Assembly: GCA_030390025.1 (NCBI GenBank)
Contig: CM059425.1
Span: 174,778,001 to 174,842,000, forward strand
Source: Squalus acanthias
Taxonomy: Eukaryota
DNA length: 64,000 nt
Direction: 5' to 3'
The notes under the pieces are model-generated. The model saw nothing but the letters and a program-made list of their open reading frames with translations. It was not told the origin of the DNA and searched no databases. Each line of letters starts with the position of its first letter. The first letter of the stretch is position 1. Both the position numbers and the translations under genes were made by a program. Below are positions 13,169 through 24,850 of the stretch, piece after piece.

Positions 13169-16119
13169 AGCGTATCATTTGACTTACAATGAGCAGTGCC
13201 ACAGGAGATCCGCTAGTCTCTGTCTAATATAGTAACCATCTTGCGTATTTGCGCGCTTTCTCTAATTATCTCAATTACTTGGTGTAACATCACACTTTCT
13301 CAGTTACACTTTGTTGATTAGTTCAAAGTAAAACAGTAAAGGTAGGAAATGCATGAATCAAAAGTGGCTAGAAAACTATCAATGAGAAATGAATATAAAC
13401 TTATGAAAATAACTAAGCCTAAATAACCAGCCAGGATACCAATAATCGAAAAGTAAACCAATCAAATCACTCAATACATTTTTAGAAAAAATACTTTTTT
13501 TCCCACTAGTTGAATTTTTAAAGTCCAAATTAAGGTTTGTAGCATAATAAGTTCAAAAATTACATATTTCATAATAACATACATCATTAAACTTAACTGC
13601 AGAGCTGTATTTTAATACCAGTTTATGAAACATTTACTTGAAGGCCCGAGCCCTTCACAAAAGCCTGGAACTAGACTTGATATTTTTGTCCAAATCTGTG
13701 ACGATTAGCTGAAGGCAGATCCTGCAGTCTGCATATGTGCAGTGTGCACAATTCACTGTATGCATCAGCAGTATTTTGTCAGCTCAATTAATAGAACTTT
13801 AGCCTCTAACAGTATCTGGTTTTTTTCTTCAGAATTATTTGAAGAAAAGCTAGAGGACAAATTTCAAAAAGTTTATTGAGGTAAATAGCATGAGTATTTT
13901 TTTAAACCGAGAGGGTGTGTGAGATTGAGTAAAAGGTGACAGTATTGCTTCGCCATCTGTGGCAGCTTTTATTGATTTTCTAATTCAAAATATTCTTTGT
14001 TCTCATTGAAAATGAGATTGTGTTATGTAAAATACTTTGTGTTTTAACTTTAATCCAAATTTGATTTGTACATTTTGGAACTTTTTAAATCAGTTTTTTC
14101 ACAAAGGATTTGGGAATGAGTTCGATTTATGGCTTGCTTTTTAAATGAAATCAATTTGCACAGGTTTAAAGTGCCACAGGATGCAGCCCATTGGACCAAG
14201 GATTTATTTGTTTCTGGGCCAGGCATTATCTATTAAAGCTGGACAAGCCAGTTTGTGAATCTTACACCTTGCAGTCAATTGACTCATCCCTGGATTAATG
14301 GCCCGGAATTTGCAGTCAGCGGCAAAGCGGTTCATAGTTTATATTTATAAAAGTATAGTTGAACTTGTGGCAGATGGATACTTTGTAGTTATCAAAATTA
14401 AAGATAAATTTGTGCACTTGACACTTCTTTCAGTGGCACTGCAGATACCTTGTTAAAATTTCTTAGACGTGAAGGAAAAAAAAATGCAGTTGCTAAACTA
14501 CCAGCTGTTGTCAAATTATTGCAGTGTTGTTTAAGCAATTGTGATACTGTGGCAATTTAATTGTTCACTCATTAATTCCTATACAACATACCTTGTGTTT
14601 TCCTTTTATAAAGGTTGTATTCTTATGTGATAATTTAGGAATTACTTTACTGAATGAGACTGCTGGGAACTTAGTTATTGGAAGCATTCCACAAAGCGTT
14701 TCCCACCAATTTCTGTTAAATGGACTGCAGGTCAGAAATAGAGGCAGAATAAGATCTACAGTAACTGGAAATGTTTCAACTGAAACGGTTTTGAAGAAAT
14801 CCATTTTGTGAAAGCTGCCTTATTTGCATAAAAAAATATAGTTTTAATCAGTGCTTTACTATCTTCAACTCCATTAACTAAGAAAAAGTATTTTTTTTGT
14901 TTTGAACTGTGAATTTGTATCTGGAAAATTGAAAGTTTGAGGCTGAACTCCTTATACCCCTGTTAAATGTTGTAAGACAGCAGGACTTGTTTCAAAAAGC
15001 ACTTAACGGACACTCATTTGTAGTTACAAAATCTGAGAACTTATTTCTGCTGTAACAACCTATAGTAATGTTTTGTGAATGTTTTCAAAGTTAAGATATT
15101 AAAATTGTAAGTAAACTAAAATTAAACTCTGCACTTGGCTCCAATTTCTTCAGGTTATGATGTGTTGTATTGTAGATGTTTTTAAGCTGTGTCCAGTATC
15201 CCTCTTTATGTTGGAGTAGGACCAAGCCCCACAATATTCTGGTATTGGCAACCCTTGTTTCTGTGCCCCATGAAAAGGCCATTGAGCCCTTCAAGTCTGA
15301 GTCGATGATTTTCTCTACAGAAGCCACCTAGTTTAATCGCTGTTCCTCCCCGTTCCTCACATCCTTTAATAATCGTTTTCAAGCAACAATCTAATTTCCT
15401 TTCAGAAGTGCTTAAGGACTCTACTTTAGCAAACGTTTATGGCCGCTGTGCCAGCCTGCAGCAGGACGCCTCTCCCAATGTGACAGTGTCGGGCACAATC
15501 CTACGTATTGCCTGGGAATTAGATTTGTGGTGAGTATAATTTGGAGGAGGTCTGTTGAGTTGAATTGCACAATTGAGCCGGCGAGGGCTGGTAGATTGAA
15601 AAAAAAAATTATATATATCTGCACTTCTTAATCTTTACGATAAATCCTTGGCGTGATGGAGTTGCTCCATACAGGTACAGGACAAGAAGCGAAGATCAAT
15701 CTGATAAATAGTCATGTTGCACTTCAATGAAAGGCAAAGCAGACACAAATCATGGCCATCAGGTGTTGTAATAGCTTTACTGGACTTCATGTAGCATTTA
15801 CAATTTTTTTTTTTAACTGGTTGGGCATGACTGACATGGCTGAATTGGAGTGGTACTGATCGGAAGATGTATGTTAATGCAATATGTGAGCGCATGATTC
15901 AGCAGTAGTGGCAATCAACACCACACAATACAATTTCTTGTGCACAGATCTGAACCAGAGTTCCTTTTTTCCCTCCACCAAGGAATGGTGTTCTCTGTTC
16001 CTGTGCTGTGTTTCATGAGTGCTATTTTTATCACTTTACATTGTTTATCTTTTCAGCTTTTTACTGTAGTGCTTTTTTCAGTTAGATTTTTCTTGTGTTT
16101 ATATACATATACATATCAA

Positions 16120-16850
16120 CAGGAGTAGACCATTCATCCGCTTAAGCCTGTCCTGCTATTGGATCATTGCTGATCGCTACCTCAACTCCATTTATCTGCC
16201 TTTGTTTCATATCCCTTGATGCCCTTGCCCAACACAAATCTGTTTGTGAAAATGTCAATTAACCCAGCATCCACGGCCTTTTGGAGGAGAGAATTCCATA
16301 TTTCCACGACCCTTTGTGTGGATAAAATGTTTCTTGATTTCACTCCGAAATAGCCTAGCTCTAATTTTAAGATTATGCCCTCTTGTTCTGGATTCACCAA
16401 CCAGAAATAGATTCTCTGTATCAACCCCATTGAATCCTTTTATCAGAGGGGACGGTAGCATAGTGGTTCTGTTACTGGGCTAGTAATCCAGAGGCCTGCA
16501 CTAATAATCTGGAGACATGAGTTCAAATCCCACCACGGCAGCTGTGGAATTTAAATTCAGTTAATTAAATAAAAGAAAAAGCTAGACCAGTACCAGTAAT
16601 GACTATGACAATGTCCTTTAGGGGAAGGAAATCTGCTGCTCTTACCTGGTCTGGCCTATATGTGACTCTTCACTGCCCTCTTGACTCTGAAATGGCCTAG
16701 CAAACCTCACGGACTGCACAACCTTCTTGATGGGCAATGCTGGCCTTGCCACATGAATAATAAAAAGATTTTAAGCACCTTGATTCGATCACCCCGCAGC
16801 TGTATAAACTCAGGGGAATACAAGCCAAGTTTATGCAGGCTATCATCTTC
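16120..16850 (-). mobile_element. CR1 LINE 3' end interrupted by a SINE
   Basis: TQRVVEIWNSL and LGLYSPEF...GDRIKVLKI remnants on either side of 16447-16766. Confidence 0.7.
16447..16766 (+). mobile_element. tRNA-derived SINE sharing 5'-UTR and 3'-tail segments with the LINE at 4421-7530
   Basis: A-box-like GGTAGCATAGTGG and B-box GAGTTCAAATCCC; CTGAAATGGCCTAGCAA and GCTGGCCTTGCC segments; A-rich tail. Confidence 0.7.
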
Positions 16851-17890
16851 CATTCTGATTGCGGTGTTTGGGATCCTCTTTCCTTCCTGCCCTCTTTGCT
16901 CCCCATCTAGTTTAAATGATTCTCTTTTTTCAACGAGGCTCCTCATAGTTCTTGGTCTAATATTTAAGTGTAGCTCATATGTCCTATATTCGTTCTTTAT
17001 ATCTCATAAACCATCCAGTTAACTTATGACAGTTACATTTGTTTTTAATAGTATGTTTTTATATGCTATGGGGAAAGAACAGAGGAGTGATCTAGTTAGC
17101 AAAAGAGGAGCGAGTTCGAGGTTTATGGAGGGAATTCCTATGATAATGTGGTAGATATGTATACCCTTAAATGGCTCAGACGTACGTTTGTGGCATTTGA
17201 AGGATTAAGTTAACATTATGTTACAATACATTACTTCGTATTCTCTGTGGAAAGTTTTTACAGTAGAGAGATGCATAGTAATTTAAGTGGTGTTTGTTTA
17301 ATTTTTTTGCTTCCTTCAGAATGCAGTTATTTTAATAGAGATTGCAGGAATCCATTGTTACATTACCTTGTGCATTTGTGGGGATTTTTCTTTCAGAACA
17401 ATTAGCTGTAGATTAGTTCATTACAGTATCTCCTTAATGGTTTTCTTGTTCTGACCCAGGGCTTTTGCCTGTTGGAAGGTACTGAATGGCTAAGGGTTGA
17501 TTTAGCAGTGCTGCTCAGATTGTTTTTAATCTGCCTCCTACTGTGAAACTGTGGGCATCCTGAGGCTGTCACTTTTTTAAAGTTAATAAATCTTCGGAGA
17601 CCTCACTGTCAAGGCGGGTTTTGTTATGCTAAATTGGACATTCTGAACCAAATAGAATACGAACTTGGTGGCCAGATTTTGGTGTTTTGTCAAAGGTGAG
17701 AGAAGGCTGCTTATAGCTGACTTGAGCTAATGCACACTGTGATTTTGGTTTTGTAAATGGCTGCCACTTCCGAGCCTTGGTGACAGCTGGTGTGACCTTC
17801 TAGCTGCCTGGACCTATTGGCCTTGTGCCAGTCATCTGCTACAGCAAGCAGCCTCTACCACTCATACAGACAGGGATTTAATTGACTATG

Positions 17891-18010
17891 GGAAGCAGCT
17901 GTGTAATCTTCTGGATGAAGGCCAGCAAATATCCTCCAGAACTAAAGGAGATTGTCTGCAATATGATTGGATGATTAAGAGAACACGTGAGTGGAATGGC
18001 TGTATTCACT
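17891..18010 (+). promoter_or_regulatory. APC: APC promoter 1A homologue
   Basis: GAAGCAGCTGTGTAATC..CTGGATG, reverse CCAAT box GATTGG (17965-17970), E-box CACGTG (17984-17989) and TGGCTGTATT, in the same order as the human APC promoter 1A as I recall it. Confidence 0.78.
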
Positions 18011-18068
18011 TGTGTTTTAACACAGGGAAGGGTGAAAAAATGGAGGTATACACTGCTTCAGAAATGGG
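18001..18068 (+). other. APC: APC 5'-UTR exon 1A homologue (start site approximate; splice donor at 18069)
   Basis: AATGGAGGT...TCAGAAATGGG|GTAGGTG matches the recalled human exon 1A end AATGGAGGT...TCGGAAATGGG|GTAGGTG; good GT donor. Confidence 0.8.
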
Positions 18069-19739
18069 GTAGGTGAAAATCAATTTTTTAAAATAGAATT
18101 ATTGTGTTTTATTGCCAGTAGGTTATATATAATTGTAACACCGTGTTCGTATTTACTGTTGAGTGGATTTGCCATTACAGTAGATCAGATATGGCTTTAT
18201 TTTGCGCGCATCAGCCTTTCCTGCTCTGAAAAGGAGGGTTGGGAAAGAAGGAGGCATTGTACTCTGTACAAGGATTGATGTTGGTGCTTAAGCAGAAGAC
18301 TGTTTCTCAGGAAACGAGAATGGAACCCAAAAAATTGTAGAGATAGATACTAAATGAAATACTGGTTTATTCCTGTTATGAATAAAGAGACTAAAGCAGA
18401 TTGCTTGATTCGAGAATAAGCTTATGAGGTTATAATGCAGTTGTTCATACCGGGTCTTGATGCAGAGGTTGGTAAAATTGCAATTTGCCCCTTTTTCCTT
18501 TTTGCTAGATCTGGTGGTCAGTTTATACACTTCAGTTTTCTCTCTCCTAAGTATAAGATATTTGTGTTTTAATGATGCCATGCTGTGTCTTTATAGCTGC
18601 TGAGTGGTGCTTTTTGTGGTTGACTGCAACCTCAGCTCCGAAAGCTGCGTAAGAGCTAACGTTGCTGCATTGCTGATTTTAAAAAACATATTTGGGAACT
18701 CAGGTTTTGTGTGTGATAATGGAAACCCTACTACAGGGAAAAATGCCTTTTGTGTGACATTATTTGAACTGAAATGAGGTTATGTTAGCCAGAGTAAATT
18801 GTATCATGAAGTGGATTTTATGGAAAGGAAAAACAGCTGTTGTAATTTCTTTTGTATGAAACAACACAATAGCTCAGCTGAAATCTGCGCTTTGAACTGA
18901 ACGCTCAGAAATCTTGTTAAATTATTTATTCACTGTCATTTAAAACAAATGGGATTTTCCTCACTGCATATCAGTAACAAAACATATAGATTACTATAAT
19001 CTGGCTGTTGTGTGCTCACATTTAAGTGTATGCTATGAACCTTTTTTCCCAGACATTTTAGGATTACAATTCTATTTTAAAATGGAGAATTTTTATGAAG
19101 ACCTACGAAGGAATATAAAGACTTGTGTACAGCTGAACTGCAGTACATAATGTTAGAATTTTACTACGGTGATTTTTTTTGCTGAGGTCTATTTAAATCG
19201 TGAGGCTAAATTGTATGTATTTTGATAGCTACCTAGAAAATCAGTTCATATAATTTCCCTCAAAATTGTGATCAAGGGACTAGCCAAAATGAATCTGTAG
19301 TGATTCGATATGGTTGCTACTCACAGAATCCGTTTCCCTTGATAGAGTTAGTGATATATGAATGCAAACAGTGTACAGTACTTCTTCAAAATATAAAGCC
19401 TGCTGCAGACATTCAAGCAAATACAAATCATGTCTGAATGCATGAAGTGCAGGTATTGTGTTGGTATCCCTGTTGCGAATTTGGTAGGTCATTGAGAATG
19501 ACGTTGTCTTTGGCCTCTTAACTATTTGAGGATTTATCTCCTTCATACCCTTGCAATAAGAGAAATATTCACCTTTTTCCCTTTGGCATACTCAGATAAT
19601 ATAATTTTCACTAAATGGACACAAATAAATTTGGGGTTTAGGGTACAGCAGATAAATGTTTTCCTTTTTCTTTCTTCTCTTCCTATACTGAAGAGCATGA
19701 CTGTTGCTGGGGTATAGTTCTACAGGTGCTTGCAGCCCT

Positions 19740-20030
19740 TGAGGTTGCATCAAAGTAGCTATTCTTTGTGTGACCTGAGTCCAAGAATGTCAGCAGGCAA
19801 TTCACCTATGGAGGGCATAAAAACCAAAACTAATCCTGACCTTACCTGACATCTACACATCCGTACTTTCTGGCAGAGCAATTGGATAGCAGTCAGACGG
19901 GAACCATAGCTCATTCCAGCCCCATCCCAAGTAGAGGAACACTGAAATGTCCCAACTGTTTCCCTGGCTAAGGTGTGCTAACTCAGCATAGATTTGGGAT
20001 TGAACCCGAGTTTCTATGGCTTAATGCTGC
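19740..20030 (-). mobile_element. Ancient tRNA-derived SINE remnant
   Basis: - strand B-box GGGTTCAATCCC followed by TGCTGAGTTAGC. Confidence 0.45.
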
Positions 20031-20459
20031 ATGGAAAATCTTTTGATTCAAAAATGCAATAGTCAGTTTTTAATAAGTTGAGTGGCATTTATTCCAATAT
20101 AGTACAAATTTCTGCAATATAGATTATGGGAAAGTGGTTATTAATTAATATTGTGTGGCTTTGTGCGGGCTAGTTGCCTATCTAGTAAAATATAATTAAA
20201 GTATTTTAGAGCTCTTGTTGACTTCAATATTTGGAGGGGATTTTTTATTCACAGTATTTTATACCCTTCAGGAACGGCCATTTGGGTCTTTTTTACCCAT
20301 CTTCTTGCATTGTATTTTCTCTCCCAGGCTCTGTGAGTCTTCAAAGAGAGAGTGACCATGAAGCCTTTGTCATTATTTACTAGCCACCAGCAGCTGCAAA
20401 ACAGTGGCCCAGTAGAGACCGTGCAAATTTTGGCTTACTATGTACAATGGCTGAGATTG

Positions 20460-20637
20460 AAGGAAAGAAAGAAGTTGCATTTATATAGCGCATTTCACGA
20501 CCTCAGAACGTCCCAACATGCTTTACAGCCAATTAAGTACTTTTGGAGTGTAGTCACTGTTGTAATGTAGGAAACACGGCAGCCAATTTCGACACAGCAA
20601 GCTCCCACAAACAGCAATGTGATAATGACCAGATATT
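20460..20637 (-). mobile_element. SINE 3' half (Deu-domain/L2-tail type), cut by Harbinger copy 2
   Basis: Same GCTATATAAATGCAAG(TTTC)n tail and body as the copies at 30715, 31530, 51610 and 61365. Confidence 0.7.
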
Positions 20638-20931
20638 GGGCTAAAAATTCAATTAGGTTAAAAAACGGGTACGGGATCCCGATGCGCAATCGGCCCGCGC
20701 CCATTGAAAGTAATGCAGGCAGCACATGACATTTGTGGTGCCTGCAAATTATCATTATTGATGCGTGCAGCCCAGTGCTGAGTGTGCTGCAGGGGGCCGA
20801 TGTTTGTGCGAGGCTAGCTCTATTTAAAGCTAGCCTCCACTTTTAAAGACAGTCTGTACCTCTTAAAAGTGAGGTACATTCTGCATTCAGCAGCTGCTGG
20901 AAGTGCTCGTCAAGGCAACTGTCACTCAGTA

Positions 20932-22846
20932 ATGGCTCAACAGGGCAGAGAAAAGGCACCAGGGTTCTCCGACGCAGCACTAGAGGCCTTAATGCAGGGG
21001 GTAGAATGGAGGAGACAGGTCCTCTACCCGCAGTGGGTCAGGAGGCCCTCCAGACTCTCAGTCAGGCACTGAGAGCAGATTGCTGAAGCGATCACTGCCA
21101 GCAGTCTTGCCCCGAGGGCCTGGACCCAATGCTGAAAGAAGTTCAATAACCTCACATGAGTGGTCAAGGTTAGTGAATGCATCCCAACTGCACCACTAGT
21201 CTCTCACACTGCTCAATGCACCACACCCCCATCACTCACTTACCAACAATCTCAATCAGTCACGACACATACCTCACATTCATAGCTTCACCTCACCCTC
21301 ACACACTTGCCACTGCTGCAAGACTCGCACCCACATCTGACACCTTGCACACACTGCCAGCTATTCAACCATGATAGGCACATCACTCAAACACATTACG
21401 CCACACTCACTGACACACTTCCCTTTCTCTTGCAGCGAAAGGTGGTTCATAACTGCAGGCAGCAGCAGCTAGCTGGCGGGGGACAGGCAAGCCTGCATAT
21501 CCTGACCCAGCTGGAAGAGACCGTGCTTGACATTATTGGAGGGGACGTCACTGAGGCCGTGGTGATCGGCGAGGCCGAAAGCATTGAAGATGATGGTATG
21601 CTCATACCTAATCCTTCTCCTCACATCCCACTTCCCCCTCATCCCACAATCTCTTCTCACTTAAAAGCTGCTGATGGTGTAAGCAATGCACATCTTGCTT
21701 TCCCCCCACTCCCCTCACCACAACCCTACCCTTGTGCCTTTCTCCTTTCAGATACACAAGAACTTCAACCTGGCCAGCCAGTGCAGCAAGAGCAAGATGA
21801 GAGTGATGGAGAAGAAGAGACACAGTTACTCGATCTCACACTCGCAGGCACCAGTTCAGAAACTGTCACTGGCGTACTTTAGAGGGTATTATAGAGGTGG
21901 GATCTGCACATGGTGAGTCACCGGGCACAAGTGGGCTGCAGCCAGGGCAGAGGGAAAGGGCAGCACAGGTGCCAGCTCCCCAGAGGACGAGATTGCACAC
22001 GATTTCTGCTGCAGAGGACTCAGATGAGGACTTCGATGGGGCTGCCTACAGAAGAAGGGTGATGGGCATGCACACAGAAATTCTTGGTGCATTGGCAGGC
22101 CTACCAGAGAGCCTGTTGTCACTGTCAAGGAGCATGGAGGAGTCCGGCTCCAACCTTGCACAGGGCTTTGCGCAGAACTTGGAGCTCTGATTTCCAGGAT
22201 GGAAGTGATGGGCAACTCTGCTAGCGCAACCATGATACAGGGTCTGATGGCTGATGTGTCAGCTTCCATTGCAGCTCGAGCAGAAGTCACCCAACATCTG
22301 AGTGATGCAGTGGAAGCTCAGACTTCTGACATACAAGCTCAACTTGCTGCTAAGCAAGCTCAGACTGCTCTAATGCAGGCTCAGCATGCTGCCACGCAAG
22401 TTCAGACTGCTGCCGTCATGGCTGGGTTTACGAGTGTGGAAAGGGGCTTGCAGGGTGTCGCAGCAGTCCAGCAATCTGTCCTCCAGATTACTAGGATTGC
22501 TCATCCGCCACCCTGGGGGAGTGGCAGTGGCTCTGTGGACCACAAACCTGCTGTCCTCTTTTAGGAAATCAGCATTCGTACTCCCACCACTGCCACTCCG
22601 CCAGTGCCATTTTAGTTGCCTGTCAGCCAGCCATCCCAGGCTGCTGCCTTCCATGCCGAGATGGTGCAGACTACAGCCGGGCCTTCTAGGCCCAAAGCTG
22701 CTCGAGGTCGTCCTGCAAGGCCATCTGCAGTCTCCCCCACTGAAAGTCAGCAGCCTTCCACCAGCCATGCTGCAGCCACTGGGGTAGCACTTCATAGGAG
22801 CACTAGGACAGGCAAAGGCACTAAGGGATTGCACAAGGGTGATTAA
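20932..22846 (+). pseudogene. Harbinger Myb/SANT protein, 3 exons (20932-21168, 21436-21595, 21752-22846), multiple stops
   Basis: MAQQGREKAPGFSDAALEALMQGVEWRRQVLYP...WTQC*KKFNNL; GT-AG introns at the same positions as copy 1; Ala/Gln-rich coiled-coil-like C-terminal region. Confidence 0.8.
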
Positions 22847-22989
22847 TTGACTTTGTTATGTACTACTGGATTGAATGATTTATAAATGTGGTTTGGAATG
22901 TTTGTTTTGTGGTGGCTTTCATTTCAGCATTGTGGCCAAGAGGATGCTGTGATCTTCTGTGGGGAGGTGTTGAGTAAAGGGAATCTGGG

Positions 22990-24036
22990 GGTTTCATTCA
23001 GGGGAACTGGAGTCTGATAATGCAGCCCGTCTGGAATGGGGATACTCCTTCCTTCCTCCTTTTCCTCTTCCTCCTGCTCATCATCCTGCTGCTGCTTCTC
23101 CGCCGGAACCCGTGGTGGAAAGGGCTGAGCCCTCATGGTAGCCAAGTTGTGGAGGATGCAGCAGACCACCACGAATTGGGACACCCACTCCGGCGTGTAC
23201 TGGAAGGCTCCTCCCGAGCGGTCAAGGCAGCGGAAGTGTTGCTTCAGCACCCTGATGCTCTGCTCGATGAAGTTCCTCGTGGCAGCATGGCTCTCATTAT
23301 ATGAGTGCTGTCCACGACTGATAGGGTGGCAGAGGGGAGTCATCAGCCAGATGTAGGGCGGATAGTCTTTGTCGCCGAACAGCCACCCTTGGGTTTGACG
23401 TAATGGCTGGAAGATTGCTGGCACAGCTTACTGATGCAGGATGAATGCATCATGACTGCTGCCAGGATAGCAGGCATTCACCATCATGATGTGCTTGGCA
23501 TGGTTGAACACCAACTGGACATTAAGTGAGTGGAACCCGTTGTGGTTACAGAACAGCTCACCATTGAGGTGCGGCGCCCGCAATGCCATGTGTGTGAAGT
23601 CGATGGCACCCTGTACCATGGGAAGCCCGATATCCTGGCAAAGCCACATGCGTGCTCCTTCTGACTCTGACCTCCCAGATGCACTGATGGACGGCGAACT
23701 GCGAGATGTTTGCTATGTTGCCTGTTCCAGCGTAGAAGGATCCTCTGGGGAAATAAATCAGGGCCACGGTTACCTTGAGGACTACTGACAGCACCGTCCT
23801 CACCCTGCTCTGAGGCTGCAGGTCTGGTTCCAAGAGGTGGCAGAGTTCTGTGACCACTTCCTTGGTGAAGTGGAGCCACTGACCACACTGCTCCTGGCTT
23901 AGGTGCAGGTTGGAGAAGTGCTCCCTGAAGACCCTAGAGGGGTAAGGCCTCCTGCTGAGAGCTCTCCTTTCTCCTCTCCCTCCCCTCCCCTCCCCCCCCC
24001 CCTCCAGCACTAGGGGGACTGCAACTAGAGTCCCAT
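22990..24036 (-). pseudogene. Harbinger DDE transposase (HARBI1-like), frameshifted
   Basis: VQGAIDFTHMAL, GFHSLNVQLV, YPGSSHDAFIL, WLFGDKDYP, HAATRNFIEQSIRVLKQHFRCLD, VCCILHN. Confidence 0.9.
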
Positions 24037-24489
24037 GACTGGGAGCAAATGGTTTAGTCAGAGGCCTTCCAGTAGCAGCCAACGCCTTCCCAATGTTCAG
24101 CAGCACTCCCTGTACACTTTACCAACTTTTAAAATCTCTTCCAGCACTCCAGTACTCCTACAAACTCTTCAAGAGCCAGTACAAAAGCAATAAGCAACTT
24201 ACCAGCATATCAAATTTTTGTGACTAAATACGTAGGTAACCACTAATAGAAATAGTTTTTGCTTACTTTAAGGAAAGCTTTAAATAAAGCCAGCTAAAAT
24301 TATTGGTTCACAACAGTGAGATGTAATAGTAACATCCTACTGCCACTTTCTGTTAAACTTTTTTGCTGGTAGAATCTTAGTATCATTACCTGTGTCTATG
24401 TGCGGCTCCTCCACAAGCTTGTCAGAACCATCTTTATTTGAAGGTAGTTAACACAGGTAGCCGAAATTGTACACATCATTTACAATGAG

Positions 24490-24850
24490 GAAATAACAAC
24501 AGAAAATGCTGGAAATACACAGCAGGTCAGGCAGCATCCGTGGAGAGAGAAACAGAGTTAACGTTTCAGGTCGAAGACCTTTCATCAGAACTGGAAAAAA
24601 GCAGGAAATGAAATAGATTTAAAGCAAGTATAATGCTGGGAAAAGGGGGAGGGGATGAAAGAACAAAAAGGAAGGTCAGTGGTAGGATAGAAAGCAGGAG
24701 AGATTAAGAGACATTGAGAGACATTAAGAGATATTCAAGGCAAGAGGAGGTGGTAATGTGACAGGTTGAGGCTAGATGAAGTGTGAAATGCGCTGGCAGA
24801 ATGAAGGACAGCTGCCAGCTTCTGGGAGGGAAGAAAAAAAGGGGCCAAAC
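24490..24850 (-). mobile_element. Penelope-like element terminal repeat with minimal hammerhead motif
   Basis: - strand AGTT-CTGATGA-AAGGTCTTCGACCT-GAAACGTTA-ACT (24556-24592), followed by the typical GATGCTGCCTGACCTGCTG...TTTCCAGCATTTTCTG tail. Confidence 0.75.

Larger units (their letters stand above)
20638..24200. mobile_element. PIF/Harbinger DNA transposon copy 2 (decayed)
   Basis: Left end GGGCTAAAAATTC; convergent Myb/SANT (+) and DDE nuclease (-) genes; colinear with copy 1. Confidence 0.85.

Noticed and set aside
16447-16540. tRNA gene (also at 26600 and 51615)
   Set aside because: A and B boxes are present, but there is no cloverleaf and the sequence continues into SINE bodies.
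680-24036. Host genes HARBI1, NAIF1 or MSANTD
   Set aside because: Multiple copies with stops and frameshifts in a transposon layout; these are decayed Harbinger elements, not domesticated genes.
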